A DNA stretch of 64,000 bases, taken from the NCBI GenBank assembly GCA_051294905.1, contig CM119371.1:33172001-33236000 (forward strand), given 5' to 3'. The notes below the pieces were generated by a model. The model did no database searches and was not told where the DNA came from. It was given only the letters and a program-made list of their open reading frames with translations. Shown piece after piece: positions 27,275-40,920 of the stretch. Within the stretch, counting starts at the first letter, position 1. Each line of letters begins with the position of its first letter. This DNA is from Botryllus schlosseri. Its lineage: Eukaryota. Position numbers and translations under genes: made by a program.

Positions 27275-28163
27275 ACGTGACGAAAACGTTACACATATAT
27301 TATACAATCACGAAGTTTTAATTGCTGTAGTTGTATAGAGATAAATATATATATATATGTACATGATATATTATGATGATTGTATTGTCTTAATTGTTGA
27401 ACCCTTAAAGAAGACATGTCTATACATCAAATTCGCGAAAAGACTCAATCAAAAAAGAATTCCGGCATTTTCTGACTATTGTTCAGAATATAATTCCTCT
27501 ACGTTAGTGCCTCACGTCACGTCGGCGAGGAATTATATTCGTTCGAATGCATATCTGGAAATGAATTATGCCACTTATAGGAGACAAATATATACTTCAT
27601 CTATTGACGTCGTTTGGTTCGATAGCCTACAATGCTTTCAGAATTTTATAGAGAAGTGCAATGCATCGGGAATCAGTCGAATGTTTGGATTTGATTCCTT
27701 AATATGATTAATTCCCAGAGGAACTCAGTAACGATTTACTTCTACTTTTCCAAAGTACTCGAGTAATTTTCCTCTACGTGTATTACTTACTCATGTAGAT
27801 ACCATTTTCCGTCATATTTACTTCGTCAGTTTTGTGACGTAGGCTACTTAGATTTTGCTATTTACAGTTTGTCTAGCAAAAATAATATATACCTTTAGTA
27901 AGAGAGAGGATGAGACCAGGATTGATAAATTCAGCTACTGCTTTCGCGTAGAGTCCTCAATCATGCTTCCCTCAAACCTTGCCTAGACATGGAGCAGCCT
28001 AACCAATCTGTTTCCACGGACTTCACGGTGAATATACTTCATACAGCGGTTGTGTGGTTCGTGATTTGCACAATTTCAGTCATAGTAATCAATATAAGGC
28101 AGTTTCATCGGAGGAAATTGAGCTCGGTGAAATGTTTGTAATTATACGAATAATGTACTATTA

Positions 28164-30082
28164 CACTCGGCAACAATTTTGAACAAAAGATTTGTTGGCT
28201 TTGATTTTGCACTTGATTTAGGCTAATTTTGGCGTGCTGATTCCAAAAATGCCGCTGTTTTTTCTATTTCGTCAACTTTTTTCTCTACGACATATGCCCA
28301 AAATTTGCAAATTTTGACGAATTTGGCCATATTACTTTTCTATACCATATATAAATCCACAATTTCATCATATAATAAGTTATAAGGCTCAATTGAATTA
28401 TTACGAAAAAGGTGTTGCTATCGATATAGGCCGATGCTTTCACCCATTTGTGAATAGAGGATGCAATTATCCGAGCATATTTCAAACACACATTTGATGC
28501 AAACTGCAGGATATGGCATGAAAAATAACCATCACATATGCTATCAGCTATAGGTCCAATGCCCCATTCAGCTTCTCCAGTGTGGCCTCAAACTCCTATA
28601 CGCTCGCTAAAATGGATCAAGATGAAGATCTTAGGGATATCACTCCTAATGATTGAGATATTGTGAAATCGTAGGAGATTCACAACATAGAAGAGTCCAT
28701 CAATACAAGTTAAGTGATCTGACATAGGCTTTGGGACTTGGTATAGATATATTCGTAACTTTTAGCATCCTTGCGAATTGAGAGAAGATAGGCTATCTCA
28801 CTTTCGATCAGGAGAAACGGTGTTTTCGTCGTAGGGCTATACTTTCGGTAGCTTTATGTAGTTCCGTGGTACTTTATTTATTATTATTAGGCACAACAGT
28901 GGTGCTTTTAGCCAGTTTTAAGGCTTTGTGCTCCACGACATTACAATTTTTCGTACAGTACAATGAATGGCATTTTCTCGGATCTATTAATGTCCTTCCA
29001 TTATCTCACGCAGTCTCTGTCACGCTCGCTTCATCATCGTTTCTTCGCTGACGACTTGTAGCTCGGCTCACTGGGATTGGGCTCTTAAAATCACTGCAAC
29101 TGTAGTGAGGTAGGTGATGAGGAGCCCATATAACCTCCGACACGTAGAAATTCTTCCGAACCGGAATTCGAACCACTGCCAGCACTGCCATTGGCTTCCC
29201 GTATCCGTGATACTGGCATTGGCATGATACTGTTACCATGGATTGCTGGAGGAGTTAGGAATCCCGATTTACAACTCAAGTGAATGACAAATGTCTATTT
29301 CTATAGGTAGCGTCAAGAGGATCCTAAAGTGTGGCATTCTCCAAAATGGCAACGTCTTGAGTGCATAAACGATTGCACGATCAGTTAGTCTTCGTAAATA
29401 ATATGGAAACATTGCGAATAATATAGAAACATTGAATTTTTGCAATATCACAAGCCTGATTGGATCATATGTGTCAGCTTTGAAGACAAACAATAGATAT
29501 GCACATTGCACATATAACCCTGATACACATGTGCCACTCTCATATGTTTATGTCGGACAGTAGACACTCAAAAAAGCTAAAATATCCAAATAATTTCCCG
29601 GAAGACCTTGACATAGTCAGAGATGGGCAAGGAGAAAATGTCCCACAACATCCGAAGATGATGGGGGTACGATAAGAGTAGATTGGAGGTTACATATGTT
29701 AGCTGACTATTGCTCGAGTATCAAACGAGACAGCCTACAGAATTATGGGTTATTAGCGTAAATTTTAACCCTCAAACTCGCACTTTATTTGTCCTGTAGA
29801 AACAATATCGGTTTAAATCAACCAAATAAAGCAGTGCTAATCTTTATTTGAAGTCTATGGATTTACTTCCGACTGCTTGTGCTTTTTGAAACGTTTTATA
29901 CCATAAACACAAAATATCAAAAGTAGTGCTTTTATGTGGGTTATGAGACAATGTGGTGGGTGCCTAACCCAAAAACTTGACGTGATAACGAAAAACGAAA
30001 ATAATTTTTTACGTCAGCGCCCAAAAGTAAGACAATATCAAGTGTATGATCTATGTCAACAGACATTGTGTGTTGGCCAGTG
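28164..30082 (+). mobile_element. Chapaev3 (CMC)-like non-autonomous DNA transposon
   Basis: Termini cactcggcaaca / tgttggccagtg; 3-bp TSD tta; decayed transposase-like remnants (SAIGPMPHS, KLSDLT*ALGL). Confidence 0.72.
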
Positions 30083-33000
30083 TTATATGATAGTGATTAT
30101 CCGTATCGCTCATCGCCTAATTAAATACGGGCTTCGTAAGGAGGGTGTCGTACCGCCACAATTGTTGATAGGGGGCACTGGGGTGACAAAAGGATTTAGA
30201 AACACTACTATATTGGAACGACATCGTATGTATCACGTGATGGCTGGATCCTTATGCTGTTTGAAAAAGTTATATCCCCTGCATGAGATGTAGCAAAACA
30301 AACTCCAGCATTCTGCACCGCCCGCATATATCAGTTTCCAGGTTTACTCAGTTCACTAGAGCGCATTTGTACCTGCTTTTTAAAACTACTTACTTAATTG
30401 AGTAATTTAAAATAAATCAATTTCTACTTCTACTTGAAGTAGTTTTATGCAGTTTCTATTCGTAAATGAGTTGATTTCTGCATCGCTACTGCTACATCGA
30501 CTTGAGCAGTATGTTGACTAGTTCGACCTACGGTTGCATCCAACACAAAAATCAGTTTTCCGTGACCTTTGTTCAAAACATGTTTTTTATGCCATGACGT
30601 CACGAATCGTTCACTGTGACGTCACATTTGATGAGCATTGGCAACTGAAAATATAGGCTAAATATGGCTCCTTCCACGAAAAGGGCTTTCGACCACTGTC
30701 ATAAACAGACCGAAAGTATCTTTAACAAGGACTACATCATTATCCAGCATAGGCTATCGGCGGTCATAATCATCATCAGAACACGCATTCCGTACCAATG
30801 ATCTATATCTACTTGTTATGACTGTTGAACCGACGATGACTTCGAGGGTTTCAGCCACTCCATATCGTATATGTCGACTATATTGCGTGCAAATCGTCTG
30901 CAGGCTCATACTGCTTGTTTTTGGTAGTATTTAAACCACTGAGTCCAAAAGTGGTCGCCAGCGCCCTCCTCGGGGCGTTCGCTATTGTAAAGGGATCGCT
31001 GGTCATGGAATTTGCGATTATGGGCGCTGGCTGTAAAATTGGGTGGTAGGGGCGCTAAGAGCAAATGAAGATGGTATGGGTTTAGAAGGCAACTGCTCTG
31101 TAGTGTTGAAACGATTGATAAATAAAACAACTGAATACCCAGTGAAAATCCAAAATCAATTCAGTCAGGGCAATTTAGGGCCGTCGGTCTATTTAATTAG
31201 CTGTACGGGAAAGTCCATTGTTTCTTGACAATGTTGATCCTGCCCAATAATGAACTATTATAGCAGTCGGCAGAATCCCTAGAAAGCGTGGTTCATTGTG
31301 TGCTTTGAGAACTACGAAGTAGGCTATTCGATCAGTTATTGATCACTGCAACGTGTGATGACTCTTTAAGAGAAGCAGTCCTGCGTGATTTTAATCTCTG
31401 TTTCAGGCGATCGTGGATTTTCCGGAGTGCTGCGACCGTGGTTTTTAAGACGGCGTTCCGGTGGCGAGAAACGATATCGCTACTACTTTCCAAAATTTAT
31501 GAGTAGAATATATCCGTTCTTAATAATAATGAAACCTTATAAACGTGGAAATGGCACCATTCGGATGCGACACGTGAGCTGTTCCAATTCTGAAGCTTGC
31601 ATGAACTACCGGGCCCGCTCGAATACCCGATTTAGATGGATAAACATAAATCAATCATGGCAGAAAACTGCACGAAGATGTGGTGATTTAATTCCAGGAT
31701 ATATTCTAATTAGAAACTCCTAACCGGGTATCAGACCATTCTGTAAAGTTTCCGAGCGTGCAACGATTGAGGAGCTGATTACAGTGTAGAACAATTTTGA
31801 GTTCAACCAAAAGTTAGATATATTCAATCAATCGTTCTAGATACACAATTAAATCACATAAAATAGTGTCACTGGAGTCGGGTTGACTTTATTGTTGTTG
31901 CCTTGCCCCGCTCATATTTGATAGAACGTGTTTTTGACTCACATCAGAAACCGACTTGACAGTACGGGACGTGCAGACTGTAGATTTTAGAATGAGATTG
32001 TTCTTATAAAAAATCAAATCCAATATGACGACGAAGATGATAATTATCATTATAATGATACTACACCAGCTTCATCCGTATTATTATAAGCGGTAATGAA
32101 TGCAGAACAACCTTCCTTTTATGATTTTAGTGTAGTGAGGGGGGTCGGAGGTCTGGCACTTTAATCGTTTTCCAGGGGGCGGCAGCTCAAAAAAGATGAA
32201 GTTCGACTCTGTGCTTCCTATAATCCTCGACACCCGTAACCAGGGCTTTGGAGCCGGAGCCGGAGCCCGGAGCCCCAGAGCCGTGCATTTTTACCGGAGC
32301 TGAATCCGGATGCGGAGCTCTACATAAAATTCAACCGGATCCGGAGCTGGAGCCAGTTATTTGAGGGGTAGCTCTGGCTTCGACGTATATTTCATAAGAT
32401 GCTATTATATATGCAACAACCATATCTGCTGAGTTCACATAATTAAAAAGCAGGCCTTCGCGAAATTAAGAATCGTTTCCTCTTTGGCGCTACCTTTTCC
32501 GACTAACCATGTTCCTGGGGATTTAACAGCAGAACAGTCGCATGTTCAATGTTCAATTTTCATACATTAGTGCCGAACCTCGGTGTGCCAAATATGCCTG
32601 TGAATATTGTGGATATTCGTCATACCCGCAATTTCATCATCAGCACAACCTTGTTGGCCAATTGTATACGGTTCGAAAATAATTATCACTATGCATTACG
32701 CGAAATGGGAGAGAGGATAAAACGTGATTTCGTCGCACATGTCGATATGGCGAGTACGAGTCGAGAAATTCAATCTCATCGTTGCTATGAATTGGATGAG
32801 CAAATACTCGTTCTTTCGTGATCGGGCTGCGAAATTGGACCGTGTTACTGAGTATATGCAATTATGCATGCTTTTTGGAATTTATTACTGGGCATCATCG
32901 TCATTCACTCCAGTAAGGATTTTCGAGCGCAAAGAGGGGATGGCAGAAGAGTAGCCCAAAACCCCATGATATTTTATGTTGGAGACAAATTACTGATTTG

Positions 33001-33752
33001 ATACGCGATTTCCAATTTGTAATCATCTGTTTCGTAAACTTGTAAATGTGCAATGTGCATACTGCATAGTTAAATTCGTTATGGACATGGCGCAATGTGC
33101 GTGGTACAGTGTTTAATTCGATTATTCGATTCGTTTCAACGGGAAAATATTATATACCAATAAATTTGATCGACACCGGATGGACTGGTAACGAGTGCAC
33201 CGATATCGAACGTCAAACCATTGGCAATTTGGTACAAAACGAATTTCTATTGATCACGTCGGTATATCCGCCCATATTGCTATTACTGCAATTACAGTTG
33301 AATAATAATCGCACATTTAACACATTTAAAGATTGAATTGAGCTGTATGGCTTAACTCTTTCGACGCCAAGCTAAATTTGACGATTGTCTTCAAAACGCC
33401 GCGATTTTCAACAAATAACCCCAATTTCAACCGATCTTAACTTCGTCGCTACCTTATAGTTACCGAGACGTACCTACGTCCGTATTGTAGCCGCAAACGA
33501 TATCTATCTAATGATGCGTAACGTGCCTTTATTTCTATTGATCACGTCGGTATATCCGCCCATATTGCTATTACTGCAATTACAGTTGAATAATAATCGC
33601 ACATTTAAAGATTGAAATGAGCTGTATGGCTTAATGTTAACGAGTACAGTGCCAGTGTTAAAACGCCGCATCATAATTTTAATGCTGTACACAGCAATGG
33701 CACGGAGTAAAGTGCGTTATATGATGTTATCGACAATTGACAAGTATTAATT

Positions 33753-35084
33753 ATGTCGTCTATCTACAAGAAAGGCGCTGCGAGTGACCCAGCGAACTAC
33801 AGAGGCATCTCCCTGATGCAGACCGCTGCCAAGCTGTTCGACCGAGTACTGCTCCTCCGCATACGTGAGCAACTCTCTACCAAGCTCCTGAATGCTCAGA
33901 ATGGATTTCGACCATCCCGCGGTACAACAGAGCACATCCTGGCACTGCGCACAATCATTGACACCTGCCGCTCACACAAAAAGAATGTTGTGGCCGTCTT
34001 CGTTGATTTCGCGAAAGCCTTCGACTCGGTCTCGCGCCCATCCATGGCGGAGATCCTCAGATTCTATGGAATTCCTGAGGTGATAACGTACGCCATTATG
34101 GCCCTCTACACTGACACACGAGCGCGAGTCCGAACAGATGACGGCCCAAGCGGAGATTTCAACACTTCGGCTGGTGTGCTTCAAGGTGACACCCTGGCAC
34201 CATTCTTGTTCGTGGTCATCCTTGACTTCGTGCTACGAACGGCCTTCCCGGATACTACGAACTTCTTTCAATGGCGGCCACGGCAAGGAACGCGCACGTG
34301 TACGACTCGCGAGGCAATCCACGTAGGTATTCTTGCCTACGCAGACGACCTAGCCCTGCTTGCCCCGAACACCGCATCGGCACAGCGCCTCATTAACCAG
34401 CTAGAGGCCGCCGCCGCTCTTGTTGGCCTCCAGATCAACGCTAAGAAGACTGAGGTTCTGGCCATACCAGCTCTACTGGAGAACGCGACACCAATTCGAC
34501 TCGGAGATATCGATCTCAAGTATGTAACGAGTTTTGTATACCTCGGTATTGACGTCGCTGACTCTGGAAAAGCGCTCAAGGCGAGGCGAGCAAAGGCCTG
34601 GGGCGCGGCAAGACGGCTACATAGCCTCTTTCATTCAAGTGCCTCAACCCAGCTCAAGACCCGCATCTTCCGTGCCACTGTCGAGCAGGTTCTTCTCTAC
34701 GGAATAGAGGCACTCACGCTGACAGAGAAGCTGGCTAAGACGCTCAACGCTAACTATGACGCACTCCTCCGCTATGCACTCGGCATTCACCATCCGGAGC
34801 ATATATCCACGAACGCATTGCGAGAACTCACAGGAACGGTCCCATGCCGTCTACTGGCAGCTGAACGACTATTCCGTCTAATCGGCCATCTAGTGCGGCA
34901 CCAAGACGAGCAACCAGCCGCCGCCATCATTAATCACATTCCCACGGAGCCATGGCGCATAGGTGGCTGGAATCGGAGAACATGGCGCTCGACAATGGAG
35001 ACTGATCTAGCGCAACGCGGGCTTTCGCTTGAAGACGCCCACGACCGCCCACGTTGGAAACGCTTAACACGAGCCCAAAACTGA
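33753..35084 (+). CDS. Non-LTR reverse transcriptase (partial ORF2; the ATG comes from the TSD)
   Basis: Motifs IYKKG..NYRGISL, QNGFR, FVDFAKAFDSV, GVLQGDTLAP, YADD, YLG; open for 443 codons. Confidence 0.93.
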   Translation: MSSIYKKGAASDPANYRGISLMQTAAKLFDRVLLLRIREQLSTKLLNAQNGFRPSRGTTEHILALRTIIDTCRSHKKNVVAVFVDFAKAFDSVSRPSMAEILRFYGIPEVITYAIMALYTDTRARVRTDDGPSGDFNTSAGVLQGDTLAPFLFVVILDFVLRTAFPDTTNFFQWRPRQGTRTCTTREAIHVGILAYADDLALLAPNTASAQRLINQLEAAAALVGLQINAKKTEVLAIPALLENATPIRLGDIDLKYVTSFVYLGIDVADSGKALKARRAKAWGAARRLHSLFHSSASTQLKTRIFRATVEQVLLYGIEALTLTEKLAKTLNANYDALLRYALGIHHPEHISTNALRELTGTVPCRLLAAERLFRLIGHLVRHQDEQPAAAIINHIPTEPWRIGGWNRRTWRSTMETDLAQRGLSLEDAHDRPRWKRLTRAQN

Positions 35085-35172
35085 TTATCCTATGTTCTTT
35101 TTGTCTCCTGTTTTCTTTTGCCCTTTTTTATTTTATCTAATTGAAAAGTCGATATATATATATATATATATA
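33761..35172 (+). mobile_element. 5'-truncated non-LTR retrotransposon (LINE, probably RTE-like) with (TA)n tail
   Basis: RT ORF, short T-rich 3' UTR, (TA)n at 35152-35172, and a 9-bp TSD tatgtcgtc (33752-33760, 35173-35181). Confidence 0.92.
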
Positions 35173-35299
35173 TATGTCGTCACAAGCCGGCACGGCGGCA
35201 CCTATGTCTTCGTTGCTGCATCCGATGTTACTGACGGCTGACAGACTCTAGATTACTATAGATAACTAACCTAAGGGTATATTAGTAATCTATATAGAC

Positions 35300-35999
35300 C
35301 AGAGGTGGCCAACCTTTTCGGCTAAAGGGCCACATGAAATTGACGAACGAGTACGTTGCCCACTAGCCGTGCCAGGCGCGTAACATGATCAAAGTTAATA
35401 TTATTATTTGGGTATATTGCGGGTCGACTGTATACCGCCCGCTGGGCTCAGTTTGCAAGGACAGGACTATTCGGCATCTGGACATATCGATATCGAAGAT
35501 TTCCGCTAATATACGGAAATAATTTTGTCCCTACATTTCATCTTCGACGATCTTCCTGCGACTGCAAACGCGAAAATACTTTCTCTCGTAATTGCGATTA
35601 TAGTTAAACTCAATCGGCTAAATCAAGTGTTTTTTCATTTTCAGGTGGGGGTAGGCTACAGAGAAAGAAATTGTGTGACAATTAAACACGCGAAGCATAA
35701 AGAAAAGTTTTACTACTTTTTTAGTTTATTGTAGGTTAATGTACGACGATTTACTAAAAATGTGACTGCTGGACCCTGGATCTGCCAATGCGTCGGAACC
35801 GATATTTTAGTCATCAACATCCCAAGTATCGCGGCGATACTAATTATATTTTAGTTGGCTTGCAAGTTCATAATCTGAGCAATTCGATTTCGATAATATA
35901 ACAGAATTTCGATAATATAATGGGAAATTAGCTCGCGGGCTACTTAAAACCTTCTCGCGGGCCACAAATGGCCTGCAGGCCGCGGGTTGCCCGCCCCTG
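35300..35999. mobile_element. hAT-type MITE (CAGRGGTGGCCAAC family)
   Basis: Ends cagaggtggccaacc / ggttgcccgcccctg; TSD atatagac / atacagac. Confidence 0.8.
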
Positions 36000-37719
36000 A
36001 TACAGACAGACACCTTCGATAGTTTTCAGAGCCGGAGCCGGAGCTGGAGCCGAAGCAGTGGTAATAATGCGACTCCGGAGCTGGAGCCGGAGCTAATGTA
36101 TGATGGAAGAAGGCTCCGGAGCCGGAGCTGGAGCAATGCAAATTTACTGCGGCTCCAAAGCCCTGCCTGTAACGCAACTAAATATATATCTAAATACATA
36201 GTCTGCCGATAAATTGAATGACACAGTAGTAACCACGCACTGCGCCATGAAATATTCATTTCAAGTAAGGAGAAAAGTTACTCGTTTCGCAATCTGGGAT
36301 TTTGCAATCGCGTCGTTGCCACTTTATCCAATCATGTTATCTCTTCCACAATACCATCTAGTTCATGACAGCCAAACATGGTATATCGATAATTCGTGGT
36401 GTCATCATCATAAATTTTTGCATGAAGGTTCGTGCTTGCAAAAGTTTGGACTTTCCGTGGGCTCATTTCGTCCCTAATGCAAATATGTATTATGCGTTAG
36501 GACATGAAACAGGAAAGTCATTTTAATTAGTATGAGCCTAAGGAAAGCATAATCGAGTCACTGCCCTAAATGATTTCATTAGGACTCGATGTATTAGAAA
36601 TATGAAGTTACGAGCGGATGGGATAGAATTTACGAGCATAAGTCTCTGAATAGTCTACTTCGGAAGGCATTCCGAACCTTCATCACGCATTTTGAAGCAA
36701 TCACGTCACCACTACTAGTACAATGTAACTGCTGTCATAGTGGGCTTGGTTGGTATTTTATAATATCACTACATCCATGCATTAGTTTGCCCGAGAACTG
36801 GATTACCGTTTGTGTGAAACTAGCTTACGCTGCACAAAGTTGAATATCTGTGTATCACATACGTTGAATCCATATTGAGCAATATGTGATATTGAAAATA
36901 GGCTTTGCGAGCATCAATTGGTTGTTATGAGCGATTTTGGTATAACCAGGGCTGTTCTTTCTTAGTCTTATTTTCAATAAATTTTCTTTTATTGGAGTAG
37001 GGGTCACAGAGATTTCGTAATACAATTGGTTGGAAATTTGATATGATATGACTTGACTTGATTCGAGTCAAGATTTGCATTGACTCAGATTGCTTTGCGA
37101 ATCGAAAGTAATGACTTGATCCCAACCGTTTATTGTCATTTAGGTATATATTAGAAACGGTATTAATAGTTGTTTGAACGCATTCCACTATAGGGTTGCA
37201 TTCAAAAACATTTTCGTTTTTGTGAAGTAGAAAGTAGTTTTTCGCTATAGGTCCGTATGCCCTTCGGAACTGGAATTACCATATCAACTTGTAGAAGTGG
37301 CCCTTGTGAGATAGTAGCAAACCAATTGCGTTATTTTCTGTGTCGCCATTCGTTTTACGTCATCGAGAAGATACATCTTGGAATTTTAAAAGCAGCTCAT
37401 CTCCGACTAACTGAAAAAAAATATGCGACCCTCCGAACATATTTCTCCGTAAAAGTACTTAACTTAGTACTTTAAATCCATTCATTTTTTAAGTTTTAAT
37501 TGATGTAATGTTGGTATGTGTTAGAATTACCTACGTTTACTTGTACTTGAGTAGATATTCATGAGATTACTTGTACTTCTACTTGCGTAGCTACGCTGTC
37601 TACTTTGACTACCTCTGCGTATTATATTGCACACATCATAGCGGTCTAACATAAGGAAAAGAAACCGTTCCGCCACTGAATGCGAGGGTAACGTAAGTAG
37701 TAGTATAGATCGCTCGTGA

Positions 37720-38130
37720 CCTGGCAGGGGGTCTTATGGGCGCGGTGGTGAGGTGCCTGAAAACTCGTCTTGAACCGGTGACCCTTTAGACCCCCCCTCT
37801 CGGCGGTGAGGTGCCATGTGTTCTTATGGATGCGGTGATGATGGTACCCTTTCGGGTATAGGCTGCGGTGATGACGTGCCGTGAAAACTCGTGGTGATGA
37901 TGGTACCCTTTCAGACCCCCATGTGGTGATGATGTGCCTATGTGGTGATGATGGTACACTTTCAGATATATGCTGTGGCGATGATGTGCCCACGGATTCT
38001 TGTGTCGTAGTGAACTAACGTTGTGGATATAGGCCGCGGCGATGATGTGCCTGTCATGTATTCTTACGGGATCTTTGGTGATTCGCCATGTGTTCTTATG
38101 GGTGCGGTCGTGATTCGCACTTTCAGGCAT
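37720..38130. repeat. Degenerate tandem array (gcggtgatgatgtgcc / ccatgtgttcttatgg units)
   Basis: Repeated short units; a related array lies at 40600-40920 and similar flanking blocks recur (38280 vs 41054, 38407 vs 41137). Confidence 0.7.
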
Positions 38131-38601
38131 CTCTCGCGTGGTGTTGAATATGTACGAGCCACCAACAATAACCGCGCAGACGGAAACGTGGCTTGTTGTG
38201 CAAGAGGATTACGCAGAGCGGGCGACCTATATTTCGAATGACCTGCGCGCTGAATTGTTTCCCATGCAGCTGTGTGCTACTATCGATTATTACACTAATC
38301 CAGTCAGTGTGAAATAGTTTGCTAAATCTAGGAATCACTTCCAAGGTAATATTTTGGTAATTAGTTTACCGCAGAGCCGGCGTAGACGGCGATTCGAATA
38401 TTAACAATAACCGCGTTCACAAACTAACACTTCAAAAATGTTTGAAATAGTTTGCAAAACCCCGCGATCGCTGACAAGATAATGGCTCGGGTGACATGAT
38501 AACGTTACAGGTATAGGGCTCGCTCATAACCTGTCGTGAAAACTCGTGTTGGTGACTCCACCCTTTTTTGAGTCCCTGTCGCTGATGACCTGCCATGGAA
38601 T

Positions 38602-40591
38602 CAGTGGCGGCTCGTGACAATATCGGGTGGTGGGGCAAGGGCTGCAAGCGACTTTTTATCAAGATGACGTCACAATGGAGTTTTCCAACGTAAACAAGTA
38701 ACTTAGTGGTACGAACTACGGTAACACGAACTTCCCGACAACAGTGATTTAACGTATGTGCCGCGAGAGGTCTGCCGGTGAGCTGTGACTTGAAGTGTGG
38801 TAACGGCGTACGGAACAAAGATTTCACACGGCTCATGTTCGCACTATACCTGACTTGACTAATTATCTGCAGAAATGGAAATGACTATAACTCGAGAGAT
38901 TGCGTAAGCCTAACTGGAAAGGTCAACGAGTTCGGACACATACGCAATTGTTATCTCATAGATTGGACAATGTCATATTGAATCCAAAACATAATTCTGA
39001 AGAACTACGGATAGCAGCCTCGGAAATTCGGTCCCGATACAGCATAGGAGATGTTTTGGCCTTGGTGCTGGAGACTGTCACACGACACATACGGCTTACG
39101 GTCTATATGTCTGCTGCAAAATCGCCTTTGGAAAATATATTACCGAATAAATACGTGGATGAAAGCCGAAAACTTGGTACACTGTTACATGAAATCAACG
39201 AGAAGTAGCCTCATGACCGTTTTCGGTATGGTACACTGTCAAAATTAATACAAACAGACCAACACCGAATTTTGCGTAAAATTTACTGAGGAATAGGCTG
39301 ATCATTGATCAAGCGATCAGCTGTTAGCCGCCATCGAAAACGAAACAGCTATCGCGCTTGACAGGGGTTGTAATTGTAAGCAAATGGCCTGAAGGCCACA
39401 ATTTCACGGTCAAAATTGACATTGGAGAATATAAAATAAAAGTAAATATTTGAATGCAAACCGAGGATGCTAGTAAACTGTTTCATGATATCATCATCTC
39501 ATCACTTATCTCAGTATGGAACACAGTTAGCGTTAACACAGATACGCCGACTTTTGCGTGAAATCCGCAATGCGTTAGGTAGGCTAAGTGTCAGATCAGC
39601 GCACATCTTTAACATCTCGACCTTGATAACGAAATTGCTGCCCTAATCATTGAGTGCCAACCGTGAGACTTGGCACAGCGTTCGATACTAAAATCAAAAC
39701 ATACCATGCAAAAGCTCATGACGGATCTAGGTAAGGAGCATCGTTAAAATCAATGGAGACCAATACCGGCTTTGCGTAAAATATGTTTGCGATAAATGAC
39801 GAGTCAGCTCTCACTCGATTTAGGAAACGAAATTACCACTAACACAGTACAGTGACAAACTTGAAACTTTGTACCGCGTTGAATACTAACATTAAGACTT
39901 ACCGTACCAAATGTCATGACCGATCTCGGTATGGAACATCGTCAAAATCAATGGATACCAATACCGGCTTTTGAGTAAAATCTGTTTGCGATACATGACG
40001 AATCAGCACACACTCAACTTCGGAAACGGAATTACTACCCTAAACTTTAAGTAGAAACCCTGAAACTTGGGACAATGTTAAATACCACCATCACGACATG
40101 ACATACCAAGTTTCAAGAATTATCATGGTGTGAAACACCATCAAAATCGACCTATACCAGCAAAGGTCGACTAAACGCATATGACGGTAACCGAGTTCAG
40201 ATGTAGATACGATTGTTACATCACACCTTAAGGGCGAGTAGGCAATGTTGCCCCGGTTGCTCGGTCATTTTATGAATAGGAGAGAGTAAATCACTGCTTC
40301 TTTATTGTGCGCAGCTTTGAGAGAATAGACAGTGAAAGCTTGTTATGAGCGCTACCGGGACATGCCCCGGCTAGGCATTTGCAAAGCGAAAACACGAAGA
40401 GAATTCGATTTTCGCAGAGACTTCGCTATATATATGGGCATTTACAAGCGAAAGGACAAGAAGAATACGATTTTTGCTGTGATTTCGGTATATATAGATT
40501 GCTGTGCGTCTATAAATGGTAAAGAACTGTTATTGAACAGAATTTTAGGTGGGGCAATGCCCCAGTTGCCCTATAGGACGAGCCGCCACTG
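38602..40591. mobile_element. hAT-type non-autonomous element
   Basis: TIRs cagtggcggctcgt / acgagccgccactg; perfect TSD catggaat. Confidence 0.87.
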
Positions 40592-40599
40592 CATGGAAT

Positions 40600-40920
40600 G
40601 TTTGGTAGTGAACTAACTTTGTGGATATAGACCGCAGCGATGATGTACCTGTCATGTATTCTTACGGGGTCTGTGGTGATTCGCCATGTGTTCTTATGGA
40701 TGCGGTCGTGATTCGCCTTTTCGGGTATAGGCCGCGGTCGTGATTCGCCGTGAAAACTCGTGGTCGTGATTCGCCTTTTTTGCTATAGGCGGTGGCGGTG
40801 ATTCGCCTGTCATGTATTCTTACGGGCTCTGTGGTGACTCGCCATGTGTTCTTATGGGTGCGGTCGTGAATCGTACTTTTAGGTATAGACATCTCTCGCA
40901 TATCATACTTTCGGGTATAG
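40600..40920. repeat. Degenerate tandem array (gcggtcgtgattcgcc units)
   Basis: Same unit family as 37720-38130. Confidence 0.7.

Larger units (their letters stand above)
32241..36165. mobile_element. hAT-type element with GGAGCC subterminal repeats; hosts a LINE, a MITE and a local duplication
   Basis: TIRs cagggctttggagccg / cggctccaaagccctg; TSD cccgtaac / cctgtaac. Confidence 0.82.

Noticed and set aside
31385..31723. 112-aa ORF with a possible acceptor at ~31408
   Set aside because: No recognisable motif and no partner exons.
37720..38130. Repeat arrays as a CRISPR-like locus or His-rich ORFs
   Set aside because: Eukaryotic context, degenerate units without unique equal-length spacers, no cas genes; the ORFs are repeat artefacts.
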